Below, one piece after another: positions 53,600-64,000 of a stretch of 64,000 bases of DNA (position 1 is the stretch's first letter; every line of letters starts with the position of its first letter). Source of the DNA: Microthyrium microscopicum (Eukaryota); contig MU004232.1 in the NCBI GenBank assembly GCA_010405405.1, positions 453,481 through 517,480 of the forward strand, in the 5' to 3' direction. The translations under genes were made by a program, and so were the position numbers. The notes under the pieces were generated by a model. That model worked only from the letters and a program-made list of their open reading frames with translations. It searched no databases and was not told the DNA's origin.

Positions 53600-55293
53600 A
53601 TGGTCTGTAACAATAAGACATGGCTTACAGCTCTTCTCTACTTGGCTGGCCTGTCAATAACATCAGCGACACCAATGGTGGCAGGTAACACACCGGACGA
53701 CATTCAGCTTCCACCATCTGTTCCGCCTAAGATAAAACTCACCGACAAGCCAGCCGATCCCTCTGGAAAGCTTGTCAAAGTTCGCTATGGACCATTCGAC
53801 TTGCCACCAAATGCCATGTTCAGCGCACTTCCACCGCAATTTGGCGGAGCTGTAATTCACAAACCATGCGACGAGTGCTTCCTTGGAGCCTTCCAAGGAG
53901 GAATGGAGTACGAAGATGGATCCGAGGCGAATGTCAACAATGGAGCATATCTACACCACTTCGTCGTTGTGAATAATAACAAACCAGATTGGCTTTGCGG
54001 TTTGTCTGTGTCTGGTATGGGAAGACCGCAGTTCATATACAACAGCGGTAATGAGCGTCCACCCGTTCGTCTTAACACCAAGCATAAATTCGGAATGCGA
54101 GTCGACAAGGGCGATTCGTTTAGCGCTTTGACGGAGATCATGAACATGAGCAACCAAACGCAAAGGGTGTATGTGACGACCATTTACGAGGTCGTTCCCC
54201 TCGAAACTCCAGGCTATCGAGAGGCTACTCACTTGCGAGCGGATGTCTGGCACTGTGGAGGCAGCGATGTGCCGGCTAAGATGGGTGCTTATCACTGGAC
54301 CAGTCCAAATATCACGAGTCCATACTCAGGCGTAATTTTGCATAATGATGGGTAAGTGTCATACCAGTCCCTTTCTTCCAAGTAAAGTTCCGTTTTCGGC
54401 AAGTGCTAATGCTTTCCTCAGACATGGACACGATGGAGCAACAGAGGTAAAATTGCACATCAACGACAAAGTCTATTGCAATTCCATCCAGTATTATGGT
54501 CTAAGACCAACCGCAGTCCAGCCGAAAGAGCTTTCTGCCCAGCATGGGGAAAGTCACCATAGCATGCAATATATCTCCGATGCAGTAGCCTGTGAAAACG
54601 AAGGCAGACTTGAGAAAGGAGATGTGTTCAAGACTGAAGCTTTTTATAACGGAACAAAGTACCCTCAGATGATGTCGAGAGGTCATCTAGAACCCGTAAG
54701 TTATCCGAGATTGTCTGAGTTTGTGATGAGATATGTGTTTTACGTTACTTCAAGTCCGCTAACGCTCTGAACAGCAAATGGGCATCAGTTTTCTGTACAT
54801 CGGAAGAGATGAAAATACCTTGAACGATAAACTGCCCTTTTCTCTCACACCAATTGGCGGTCTACCAGTAGAGATGAACTATACCTCGCCATACCCCCGG
54901 ACCAACGTCTCAGCCATGTTGGCAGGACTTGGAATACCAATGACTGCCAACCTATCCCAGATAATTCCTGGCATTCCTCCATGGTTCAATCTGTCGGATC
55001 CAAGAGTCATTGCGCCGATCACACCATTCAATCGTACCATGCCATTACCTGTTCAACACCAGACTGCTCAAACGCCAGCGTTCTTCTCGGACATTATAGA
55101 CAAAATGTTGGTGGCTGTGGTTCCAGGACTACCAAAGGAGTTCAAGGTTTCGAATATTTACGTCCCAGGTGGAATCAACTTGAGTCAGATGGAATTGTTG
55201 ATGGAAGAAATGCTTAAGCGTAGCGGTATTCAGAATGCATTCACAGCATTTGGAGATGCCAGCCATCGCCTTTTGCTACGTTCCATGTTCTAG
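53600..55293 (+). CDS. Secreted protein with PHM-like copper-ligand pattern, paralogue B, with Pro-rich C-terminal extension
   Basis: Signal peptide; introns near 54352-54421 and 54696-54774; YLHHFV, SGNERPPVRLN, GHGHDGA, QMGI. Confidence 0.82.
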
Positions 55294-55838
55294 TCGGGTG
55301 GAGCTGGAAACCGAGAGTCGTCTTTGAATATCGAGCCATGCATTTGTAAACGAATGTCTCAGCCTCCTCACATGGATTGCGCGGCGCATTGCTAGTCTTT
55401 AAAGAAGTGAGTATAATATCAGTTAAAAGTTGCGTTAATAGTCAATAAAATTCTGCATCTCATTTATATCTTCATGGTCTTGAAAGTGTCGTGATGGTTC
55501 GTCTTTGCAGACTCGGAGCACAATCTGTAGTGCATGAGAAGATACCATAGTAGACAGGCCGTGACTAGAAAACCGGGCCATTGGTTGTCTTAAACAATAG
55601 CAAGCAAAACAAGATAATGTACAGTATTGAATTGTATATATTGAAGGAGAGAAGAGATGAAGTTGGAGATTATCTTGGCGTTGAGGCAAGAGTAAAGGTC
55701 GTTCATTTTTTTGGGAAGGCGCGACAAGGGTCCCACTATTTTTCTTTGCAACTTGCCCACATTTTTCAGCAAACTAACTAAACCACATCTTCTCTTATTT
55801 GGTCTCACCAGTATAATTATGCCGTGCCAATTCTAGCA

Positions 55839-56774
55839 ATGAGTCTTTCTAGCTTGTCAAGTAACTGGAAGCTACTTCAGCAAAGGCTTGCTGGCTCTTC
55901 TCAGTCGAAGGATGGAGCACCGCAAACAGAAAAGCTAGCAAAGTCAACGAAGCGAAAAGCCACAGCATTGAAGGACGAGAATACCAGCTCGAAGAAACGA
56001 AAGGCCGATACAAACGAATCGCCTCGAGCAGCGCATCGAAAGTCCAAGCCAATGTCGAAACCGCGCGCGAAAAGCCTCACCGAAGAGCAGAAACCCACCC
56101 TAGAGCCCCCGTCACGGCCGTCAACGAGCCTCTCCAAGCACGAAACTACTCACAATGATGTGGAAAACGAGGGAGTATCGCCCACTGCTCTGGCGGGCAA
56201 GTTCATTGCCTTGGATTGCGAAATGGTTGGCGTGGGCCCTACACCCGATCAAGACAGTCAGCTCGCGCGAGTGTCGATGGTGAATTTTCACGGAGAACAA
56301 ATTTACGATACCTATGTCAAGCCGAAATTACCCGTCACCGATTATCGCACGGCCTTTTCTGGCATCAGACCACATAATCTGAAAGTTGGCCGACCCTTCA
56401 GAGAGGTACAAAAGGATGTTGCGACGTTTCTGGAGGGACGAGTGTTGGTTGGACATCATCTCAAGAGCGATTTGCAGGTATTGTCCATGAAGCACCCAAC
56501 GAGAGATACACGAGATTCAGCCAAATTACAGAAGTTCAAAGATCTGAACGGGGGAAGAACGCCAAAGCTGAAGTTACTGGCGAAGCTAATCCTAGGTCTG
56601 GAAATCCAAGGAGGCGAGCATAACAGTGTGGAGGATGCAAGAGCTGCGATGATGCTGTACAAGGCAGAGAAAGATGCATTCGAAATGGACTCAAGACGCA
56701 TGTTCCCACTCGTCGCTCCCGGATTCGGGACTTCCACAGCCGGATCCAAGAAGAAAAAGAAGAAGCGAAGATGA
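55839..56774 (+). CDS. REX4: RNA exonuclease 4 (DEDDh)
   Basis: LSSNWK N-terminus, ALDCEMVGVG, VTDYRT..SGI, LVGH, EHNSVEDARA, basic tail. Confidence 0.93.
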   Translation: MSLSSLSSNWKLLQQRLAGSSQSKDGAPQTEKLAKSTKRKATALKDENTSSKKRKADTNESPRAAHRKSKPMSKPRAKSLTEEQKPTLEPPSRPSTSLSKHETTHNDVENEGVSPTALAGKFIALDCEMVGVGPTPDQDSQLARVSMVNFHGEQIYDTYVKPKLPVTDYRTAFSGIRPHNLKVGRPFREVQKDVATFLEGRVLVGHHLKSDLQVLSMKHPTRDTRDSAKLQKFKDLNGGRTPKLKLLAKLILGLEIQGGEHNSVEDARAAMMLYKAEKDAFEMDSRRMFPLVAPGFGTSTAGSKKKKKKRR

Positions 56775-56836
56775 AATAAATTAAGTTCTCTATCATGAGA
56801 TCTATCACGCTAAATGCCAATAAACCAGCCCAACGC

Positions 56837-58288
56837 TCATAGCGGGACGTCTTCTATCATTTCCATGGCACCTTCTCTCCCAACTGTGATTATCACGTCT
56901 CCCAAGGTCTTGGTCGCAAACCCAGCTTCACAATAGGTGAAGTAATACTCCCACTTCCGACGGAACAATTCGACATCAGTCTTAGTCATATTCTCATGCT
57001 CTCGAAGAAGTGCTGGCTTGATTTGACTCGTAAAGTTGGCTAAAAACTTCTCTTTCCATAATCGGAGGGTTTTAGCGTAATGCGCCCCAATGTTTTCGAT
57101 ATCGTCCACCACTAGCTTTCCCTTGGAACCTGTCGCAATGGATGCCACGAGCTGAGAAACTGAAGGAAGGTGGCCACCGGGGAAGATGTATTGCCGAATG
57201 AAGTCATTGCCCTTGGAGTACGACTCGTACCGCTGTTGCAAGTTAGTCAGCGTCAATACAGAGAATGTCATGACCTACCGCTTCTGGAATGGTTATGCAC
57301 TGGAATACCGCGATTCCGCCATCTTCTTTTAGCAGTCTGTCGATGCAATCGAAATAAGTTACCAGGAACTCGCGTCCAACTGCTTCTAGCATTTCAATGC
57401 TGATAATCTTGTCGAATCGGCCTTCAGCTGGAATGGCTAGTTTCCGGTAATCACACAGCAGGACTTGAATCTTATCGGACATTCCCTCGTCCTCAATCTT
57501 TTGTTCTGCAAGCTTCTTTTGTTCTTCACTCAGTGTCAGACTGATCACTGTGCAACCGGTCTCTTTGACAGCCTTGATCGCCAAACTACCCCAACCAGTC
57601 CCAATTTCCAGCACGCGATCACCTCGTTTTATCTTGGCATTCTTTATGAAACGTGCTAGCTTTCGATCCTGCGCCTCCTCGAGTGTTTCCTCGACGTGCG
57701 CTGGGTCTGCCTTGGACCGCCAAATCGGACAGGAATATGTCATATCAGGTGATAGAAAAGCGGCAAACATGGCATTGCTGATATCATAATGCGCAGCGAT
57801 ATTGAGCCGCGCGTTGCTGAGCGTGTTCGTAGACCGAATAAGCCCAGTTACCGAGTCGGTAATCGAACTCGTGATCGTGCTATTAGATATGTATGGACGA
57901 TTGAGGATGAAGATCTTGAAGAAGGCTACGAGGTCCGGACACGATACTTCGGAGAGTAGATAACTTTCCGCGAATCCCTGGGTAGGCCTGGTTAGTTCAG
58001 ATATTGTGCTTGCTCTAGACCCATATGTACCATATCTGCAAATAATGCTAGTCGCAGCCAGAATGTATCTTTATGTAGCGTCAATACCGTCTCTGCGTTC
58101 CCACTCCCGCTTTCCTGTCCACAGATGTGAATGTCTCCATTCAAGTCAATAATTTCCAACCGCCCAATCTCGATTCTTGACAGTAGAGCGAGGCAGAGTG
58201 TGCGCGCTGTGCCAACTAGTGGATTCCATGCAATGTTTCCTGCTGCATCGCGAAGCGCGACAACGCGCGAAAGTAGTAAGCCCAGCAT
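56837..58288 (-). CDS. Cyclopropane-fatty-acyl-phospholipid synthase-like SAM methyltransferase
   Basis: HYDISN, MTYSC, VLEIGTGWG, SIEMLEAVG, DFIRQYIFPGG, YCEAGF; two introns (near 58030-57979 and near 57278-57237). Confidence 0.92.
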
Positions 58289-60027
58289 TATCAATTGACT
58301 CCCAGCTTCTAGAAAGGTATCTGTTCGTGTTCGCGCGCAAAGTTACGTTGGAGGCCAATTGATGTATTGTATGAGTAGAAATTTGCGCAGACTCTACGAC
58401 AAACCGAAAAGGAAATAAGCACCACCGCACGAAAAGAAAGCGTCAGCAATAGCAAACAAGCAGCAAACGATCCAAAGAAAGTGTTCCAAGTATTTCCGTC
58501 CCACGATGAAGACCCTAGCGGACCCTTTAAAGGATCGACAGTGACAGGTAGCTCCAACCATTAAACGCGCCATTGTCCTGACCAAACAGACCAAGCATAG
58601 CCAGAACATCAGGACCCTGATCCAGCGTCGTGCGAGCAAAGAAAAAATCAATGACCGCTTCATCGCATGCAAGATATACTTGAAGCGAGCTTCTCATTGG
58701 TTCAGGTTAGCGGCATAGCTGTAGGCCTGAGGCTAAGGAACTGCTTGAGAGCTTGCGGGCAGGTTTTGAGTGGAAGCTGTGTTTCAATGGTGTTCCTGAC
58801 ACTATGCTTCATCTAATAAGCTTACCTGCTCTTCCTCGCTTGCTTTCCTATCCTCTCGACTTTGCAGCGGAATGCTGTGATGCCGAAAAGAAGCGATGTT
58901 GTTCTTCCTGTAGCTGAGCATCTCCTGCAGATATGAGAGGTGCATTAGCAGCGAGTCTTTGGCGGCGTGTACATGCCAAACGGCGCGAATCTATGACGCA
59001 AGACTCGATATCCCTACGGAGTAATCGGAGTAATCGGAGTGACCTCCGGCTTTTTATACCGCCTTGGGCATGGTGAAATGACAAAATGGACATGCCTAGA
59101 CTCCTAGTACATACCGTGGACCCTGACTCGAGTACTACGGCACGTAAAAAGGAAGAAATATGTGTGGTGTTGATGTCTTGGCTTCTCGCGTTTTGAAGGT
59201 GTTGATAAGCTTGGACCTTTTCTTTCCCATTCACGTCAAAGATCGCACCGAATCCTTCGCCAACTTCAGGTTCAGTCTATTCTGATAGCTCTCGTCACTC
59301 TGTCGTCGTTAAGAAGAGTAGGTGATCGGGAAGAACGAGGCGTTCTGAAGAGATGGTCATCGGGGATGTTGGCGAGCTTTAGGAGAGGGAGATACACAAC
59401 TTTATCGGTCAATGACCAGCCGGACATTGCTGTACTCGGGCGTTGACTTGACGGTGAATAGGTCCTGAAATGCGTTACATGTGGAGGCGCTCAAATAGAA
59501 GCAGCAATAAGCGACCCAAAGTACTCGGCTTCCTTCCGACGACCCCGAAAATACGGACACTCAACCCCATCTGCATCCAGCAATTTCTCTCGAAGTCACA
59601 AAGCTCATCGGTAGAGCGCGTAACGTATCAGTTGAGGCTCATTGAATGACAGGGCAGCGGGACAACCGGACAAGATCTCCGGAAGTACTCTGACGATCGA
59701 AGAAGCCCTACCAAATGCTCACAGCAATCTAAGAATGCCCACTGAAATTGACTGGTGCCGTAAGTGCTCCTATGAGATTCTCATGCATGCTGTCGTAAAT
59801 AATGGCTAGCCTCACGAGATCTCCGGAACTGTACTGGTAAAATCACTGTGGTTCAGCTATGGCACTATAGCACGCAGTCACTAAAGTTCAGATCTCAGTG
59901 GATTCCAAAGAAGTTCATGCATGTTGTCAAACTTTGTTATACACGATGGCTAGTAGTATGTACACGCATTCTTGTGCATTGTGGTATATTCTCTTTTCAA
60001 CTCCCTCCCCGAAACCTCCAAATACAT

Positions 60028-60688
60028 TTACGATGGCGAAGAAGCAGCCAATGTGATGTCAATAACAGTCTTGCCCTTAAGATCAGTGAAACCTAAAACA
60101 CAAATTTGTCAGTCATTTATCCTATCGAACCCTGGATTCTTGTTCTTAACTTACCATCGTACAACGCAACAGTCATTCCGCGTCCATCTTGGTACGCAAT
60201 CCACTTGCGGCTGGGGATATCAGCTCCATCGCTGACGGTAACACCACCTTGGCCATCAACAGCGAATGTTGACCACTCCATGCTGGTGCCGGTTGTGATC
60301 ATGTCGCCGGTGGGGTTGACGACATCGATGAGGTCGAGGATGCCGTTGGAGCCCTTAAGGGCAATTTGGTGGGTATCGTCGTTGGTGTGGAAGGAAAGAG
60401 TCTTCTTCTCGTCGTAGGGGGAGGACCAGAAGACGCCGGCTTTGGCGCCGCTGAAGATACCGACTTTGCCGCCTTGAACGGAAAGAGGTTGGTTGTTGGC
60501 CTTGGGATCGCTCCTGATGTGGAAAAGTGTGGTTAGACAAGGTTTCTCGTGGTGAATTTGCCCTGGGACTGGGGAATGTGTGAAACTTACGACTTGGCGA
60601 CGAGGTTGAAGATTTGGGCACCAGCGGGTGGGTCCATTGGCGCAGCGAGCACGCTGGCTACGAGAGAGGCGACGGCGAGAAACTTCAT
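60028..60688 (-). CDS. Small secreted Cys-free protein (3 exons)
   Basis: MKFLAVASLVASVLAAP signal; two GTAAGT..AG introns give a continuous frame to TAA at 60030-60028; strong C-ending codon bias. Confidence 0.85.
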
Positions 60689-63435
60689 ACTGGCGACTTA
60701 GAGAATGTGATCAACGAATGTGGTTGGCAAGAAACTGGCAAGAAAACGGACAGAGAAGGTGTAGTAGTATAGGCAGATGTAACGGCAATCTTGACACCGG
60801 GGCGGAAGAAAGTCATATATACAGGCAATTCGGTCAAATAACGTCAAACATATCTAATATGGTATGCATATTGAAAGTACGTGGTCAAGGCTGGCACTCA
60901 CACCGTCCGGGGACGAACCAGCGTCACTCAATCCTCTGTTGCGGCGTGGCGCTTAATTAGAATGCAGGTCCGACCGTTCTAATAGGCATCAAATGGTCAC
61001 TATAGTAGAGTGAGTAGCAAATGGAAAGCGTTGCGGAGGACACCGAATGGTAAGCCCGAGGACGGTGTGTGCAGAGTCAAAAATGGTGTTTTGGCCAATG
61101 CTCATATATACGATGCAAGGCTGAATAGCTTGGAAATGCCGGGGCTTGCCTACTCTGGCCTCTATCAATGCCCGATCTGGCCTTGTAAGGCGAATGACTT
61201 TTGGAACATCCTACCAATCAAACCTAAACATCAAGACCTTGAAAGTGCCTTTCAGTATGTGTAATCAACAATAGACTATCTAGAGACAGGTAACGGAGAA
61301 CACAAAGTAGAGGGAAAATATTAAGAAGCAGATATAGGCCGCGTTATAGAGTACTATAGTGATAGAAGACCTCTTATAGCGTAGAAATATCTGTTGATTG
61401 AGGTTCATGTATGATATCAATCAAATAATACGCAACTCTGGCTTCATTTATCGTGATTCAGGCATTGCAAACTAAACAGCTTTTTGGAGCGTCAAGAAAA
61501 AGATGGTAATTCTAACTTTTCGGATTGGAAACGTCCCCAAATACTCAGGATCACTTGTCGTGTCTCAAGAATATTGTCTACTAGCCAGTGATACACTACG
61601 ATTGGACTTTTTTCATAGTAATATTAATATGAACGAGCCATCTTATGAGATCTTCACTGAACTATACAAAATCGACCAAATACCCCCAGAACTACCTTTA
61701 ATTGGCACATAAGCTTCCGATGTCCGGTTGTTCTTTCTTTCTAGCGTCCTGTGTTCCTTGTTTCTTTTACATGTAGTCACTAACCTTGAAAACAGTACAC
61801 CTTAACCTTAAACAGCTTTCCATGGGGCGCCGAAAGAATCAATAAAACTTTGTGTTTGGCTCAATAAGCAACAATTTCCCCAAGCAGGAAGTAGTGAATA
61901 TGCCACTATTCGAGGTTGGCATAAACATGCCTTGTTTGGGCGAACAATGTACTCTATTTAGACATGTTTCGTGGTCGTTTTGCAATATTGCCTTCAATGA
62001 GACTATTGTCAATGAATTTATTATTTCTCCACAGATTCAGCTGCGATTTGATCCAGACTTCACAAGGATAAGTACCAGTGGTGTTCGAAAGTGTGCGATA
62101 GTTGCCATTTGTAGGGACTTTGTTACAGCCGTAATGTGCTACGGAGTACAGACCAAGAAAATCAGATATATTTGCTACTTTACCATAACATCATGTAATT
62201 CTCTTGATCAGCAGTGCAGCACTCGGCGGACTCTAGAGGCCGATGTGACCAGGATTTCGATTCTGCTTCCCATTTCCATTTCTACTGACTGACAAACTCA
62301 GTCAAATTGTCCATATTAATGGATATACTGTGCTCCTTCTAGAAAACTTAGAAAGTATAACGTACTTTCAATATAGAAAGACCATTTCCAATAAACTGTC
62401 TGAGGCTCACAGTACTAATTCAGGTACCAATAGAAACCCTGTCCAGAATCTTTCTTCAAAAATTGGAACGATCGAATAGCAAGTAGAATAGACCCCATAC
62501 CAGCACCTTATCAGCTCTTCTGAGTGGTCCAGCTATCATGTGTGCTTCGACTAGCTAGCTGGACGTTTACGGCTTCGTAAATTACTTTCCCAGCAACCGG
62601 GTAGAGTTTGTGATTTCCCATCTTTAAACCAACCGATAGTGTCATTGCGTCTAGTTTGACAAGATAAGAGCCATTGGCTAGAAAATTTGAACTTCACCCT
62701 CAAAAGTCCCAGCTAGTCGGTGCTGGATATTTTGGAACACCGCTAGATTACACGTTTCGAAATGCTGGAAAGCTGGTCGTTTGAATCGTAACTTACGAAG
62801 CTAGCGTATGTATTGGTGTTCAAAGTTGCCTTTACTGTCCATATCTGCCTGATCAATAGATCAATTCCTCATTCTCCATTTTGGACATCATCTTGCGCAT
62901 GTTCAACATCACTTGCTCCATAAGCTGTCATTTCTGTAAGTCAATCTACATGAGCTGTATTTGTTGAGTGCGGTGATATTGCAGAAGAAGATGCAAGTTT
63001 ACAACATGATAAACAGCCGTCATACTCCTGTTGAAAGCATTCGAGCTATTCGTCCAGCCCAACCTCAGTTTCAGCCTTATGGTTCGTTCCAGTTTGGTTA
63101 TCTACTCTCCCAATTCCGTCGATTGTGGCCGCGCCAAAGTCTAGTTTTAGTCGAGATATTCTCATCTCAATCTGGGTACTCAAATTTCCTGCAACTTGTA
63201 GTCCAAGGTTCTTGGGCGTCCTTTTCAGCACATTTAACTCTTTGAATAATTGAGGCTGAGCAGGAGCTAAACTTGCTTTTTCCAACCTTGGAATTTTTGC
63301 ATTGCGCCTCAGCCTAACACCTGCGTTCTTGAGCCGCCATCACTGCTTTACCGTACTCCCCTTTCAATACTTTTCCAATTTATTTAAACTCAACATGAAT
63401 CTAACTCAAACGCTATATACTGTCCCGAAAAAGTT

Positions 63436-64000
63436 ATGGCTCTATCATCAGCACAGCGGGTGTTGTTGAGCTTCTCAATACTCCTCTGCACAGCCTCAAT
63501 CATCGACTCTCTCCCAACAACAACATCCGAAGCGCCGCAAGATACCGAAAACTTCTGTTGAAACGCATTATGCTAGCGTGCCTATTTGGGTCGCGGTCCC
63601 ACTAAATTTAGCGGGCGTCGCCCCTGCCGGTGGCTGCAGCTTACCCCTGTAGAGGCTTATTTTAGGGCCCTTCAGTGGTCTTTTGTAAGGTATTTTGAAG
63701 TAGTAAAGATGGTAAGTAATCCACATTTAGAAGAGAATTATCCCTGTTGACACCCTTCCTGACCCCTTTTGCCCCTTCTAGCGCAAGCCAAAAAGCCTCA
63801 TCTGATCCAAATAGGCACGCTAGCATAATGCGTTTCAACAGAAGTTTTCGGTAACCCCCTCAACCACGGCGACCCCAATCTTCAATGCGTTCCTACACGA
63901 TGGTCTGACGTGATCATATTTTTCCTTGGGAATTACATTGCCCATGCTGCAACGGTTGTTCAATATCCAGGCAGCGCGCCAATTGTGTCCATACAAAATG
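63436..64000 (+). pseudogene. Hypothetical membrane-protein gene interrupted by a MITE (runs off the window)
   Basis: Removing the MITE and one TA restores MALSSAQRVLLSFSILLCTAS...QDNPLNHGDPNLQCVPTRWSDVIIFFLGNYIAHAATV in one frame. Confidence 0.75.
63545..63851. mobile_element. MITE, Tc1/mariner-type (TA target duplication)
   Basis: Perfect 45-bp TIR CCGAAAACTTCTGTTGAAACGCATTATGCTAGCGTGCCTATTTGG with TA on both sides; 307 bp, non-coding. Confidence 0.93.

Noticed and set aside
61300..63400. AT-rich stretch with short ORFs, possible decayed gene on the minus strand
   Set aside because: No continuous frame, splice model or recognisable motif could be built by eye.

Overview
Eukaryotic DNA from a filamentous ascomycete: short GT-AG introns and a RIP-type mutated transposon; a Dothideomycete-like origin is only my guess. 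Conserved housekeeping genes (KEI1, URB1/NPA1, CTF4/mcl1, CHZ1, GLT1, REX4, a cyclopropane-fatty-acid-synthase-like methyltransferase, an alpha/beta hydrolase) are mixed with many predicted secreted proteins. The most striking structure is a three-family secreted module present twice (about 6-13 kb and 24-31.5 kb). In each copy an M43 (pappalysin/MEP1-type) metalloprotease sits head-to-head, about 1 kb apart, with a 6-Cys small secreted protein (family Y), alongside members of an unrecognised internally duplicated helical secreted family (family X). Also present: a CE4 deacetylase with two CBM18 domains, a 6-Cys secreted peptide mostly missed by the ORF track, two divergent paralogues with a PHM-like copper-ligand pattern separated by a RIP-inactivated Mutator element (9-bp TSD), and a TA-flanked MITE interrupting a coding sequence. 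Exon boundaries were read by hand and need RNA-seq confirmation; no database searches were run.
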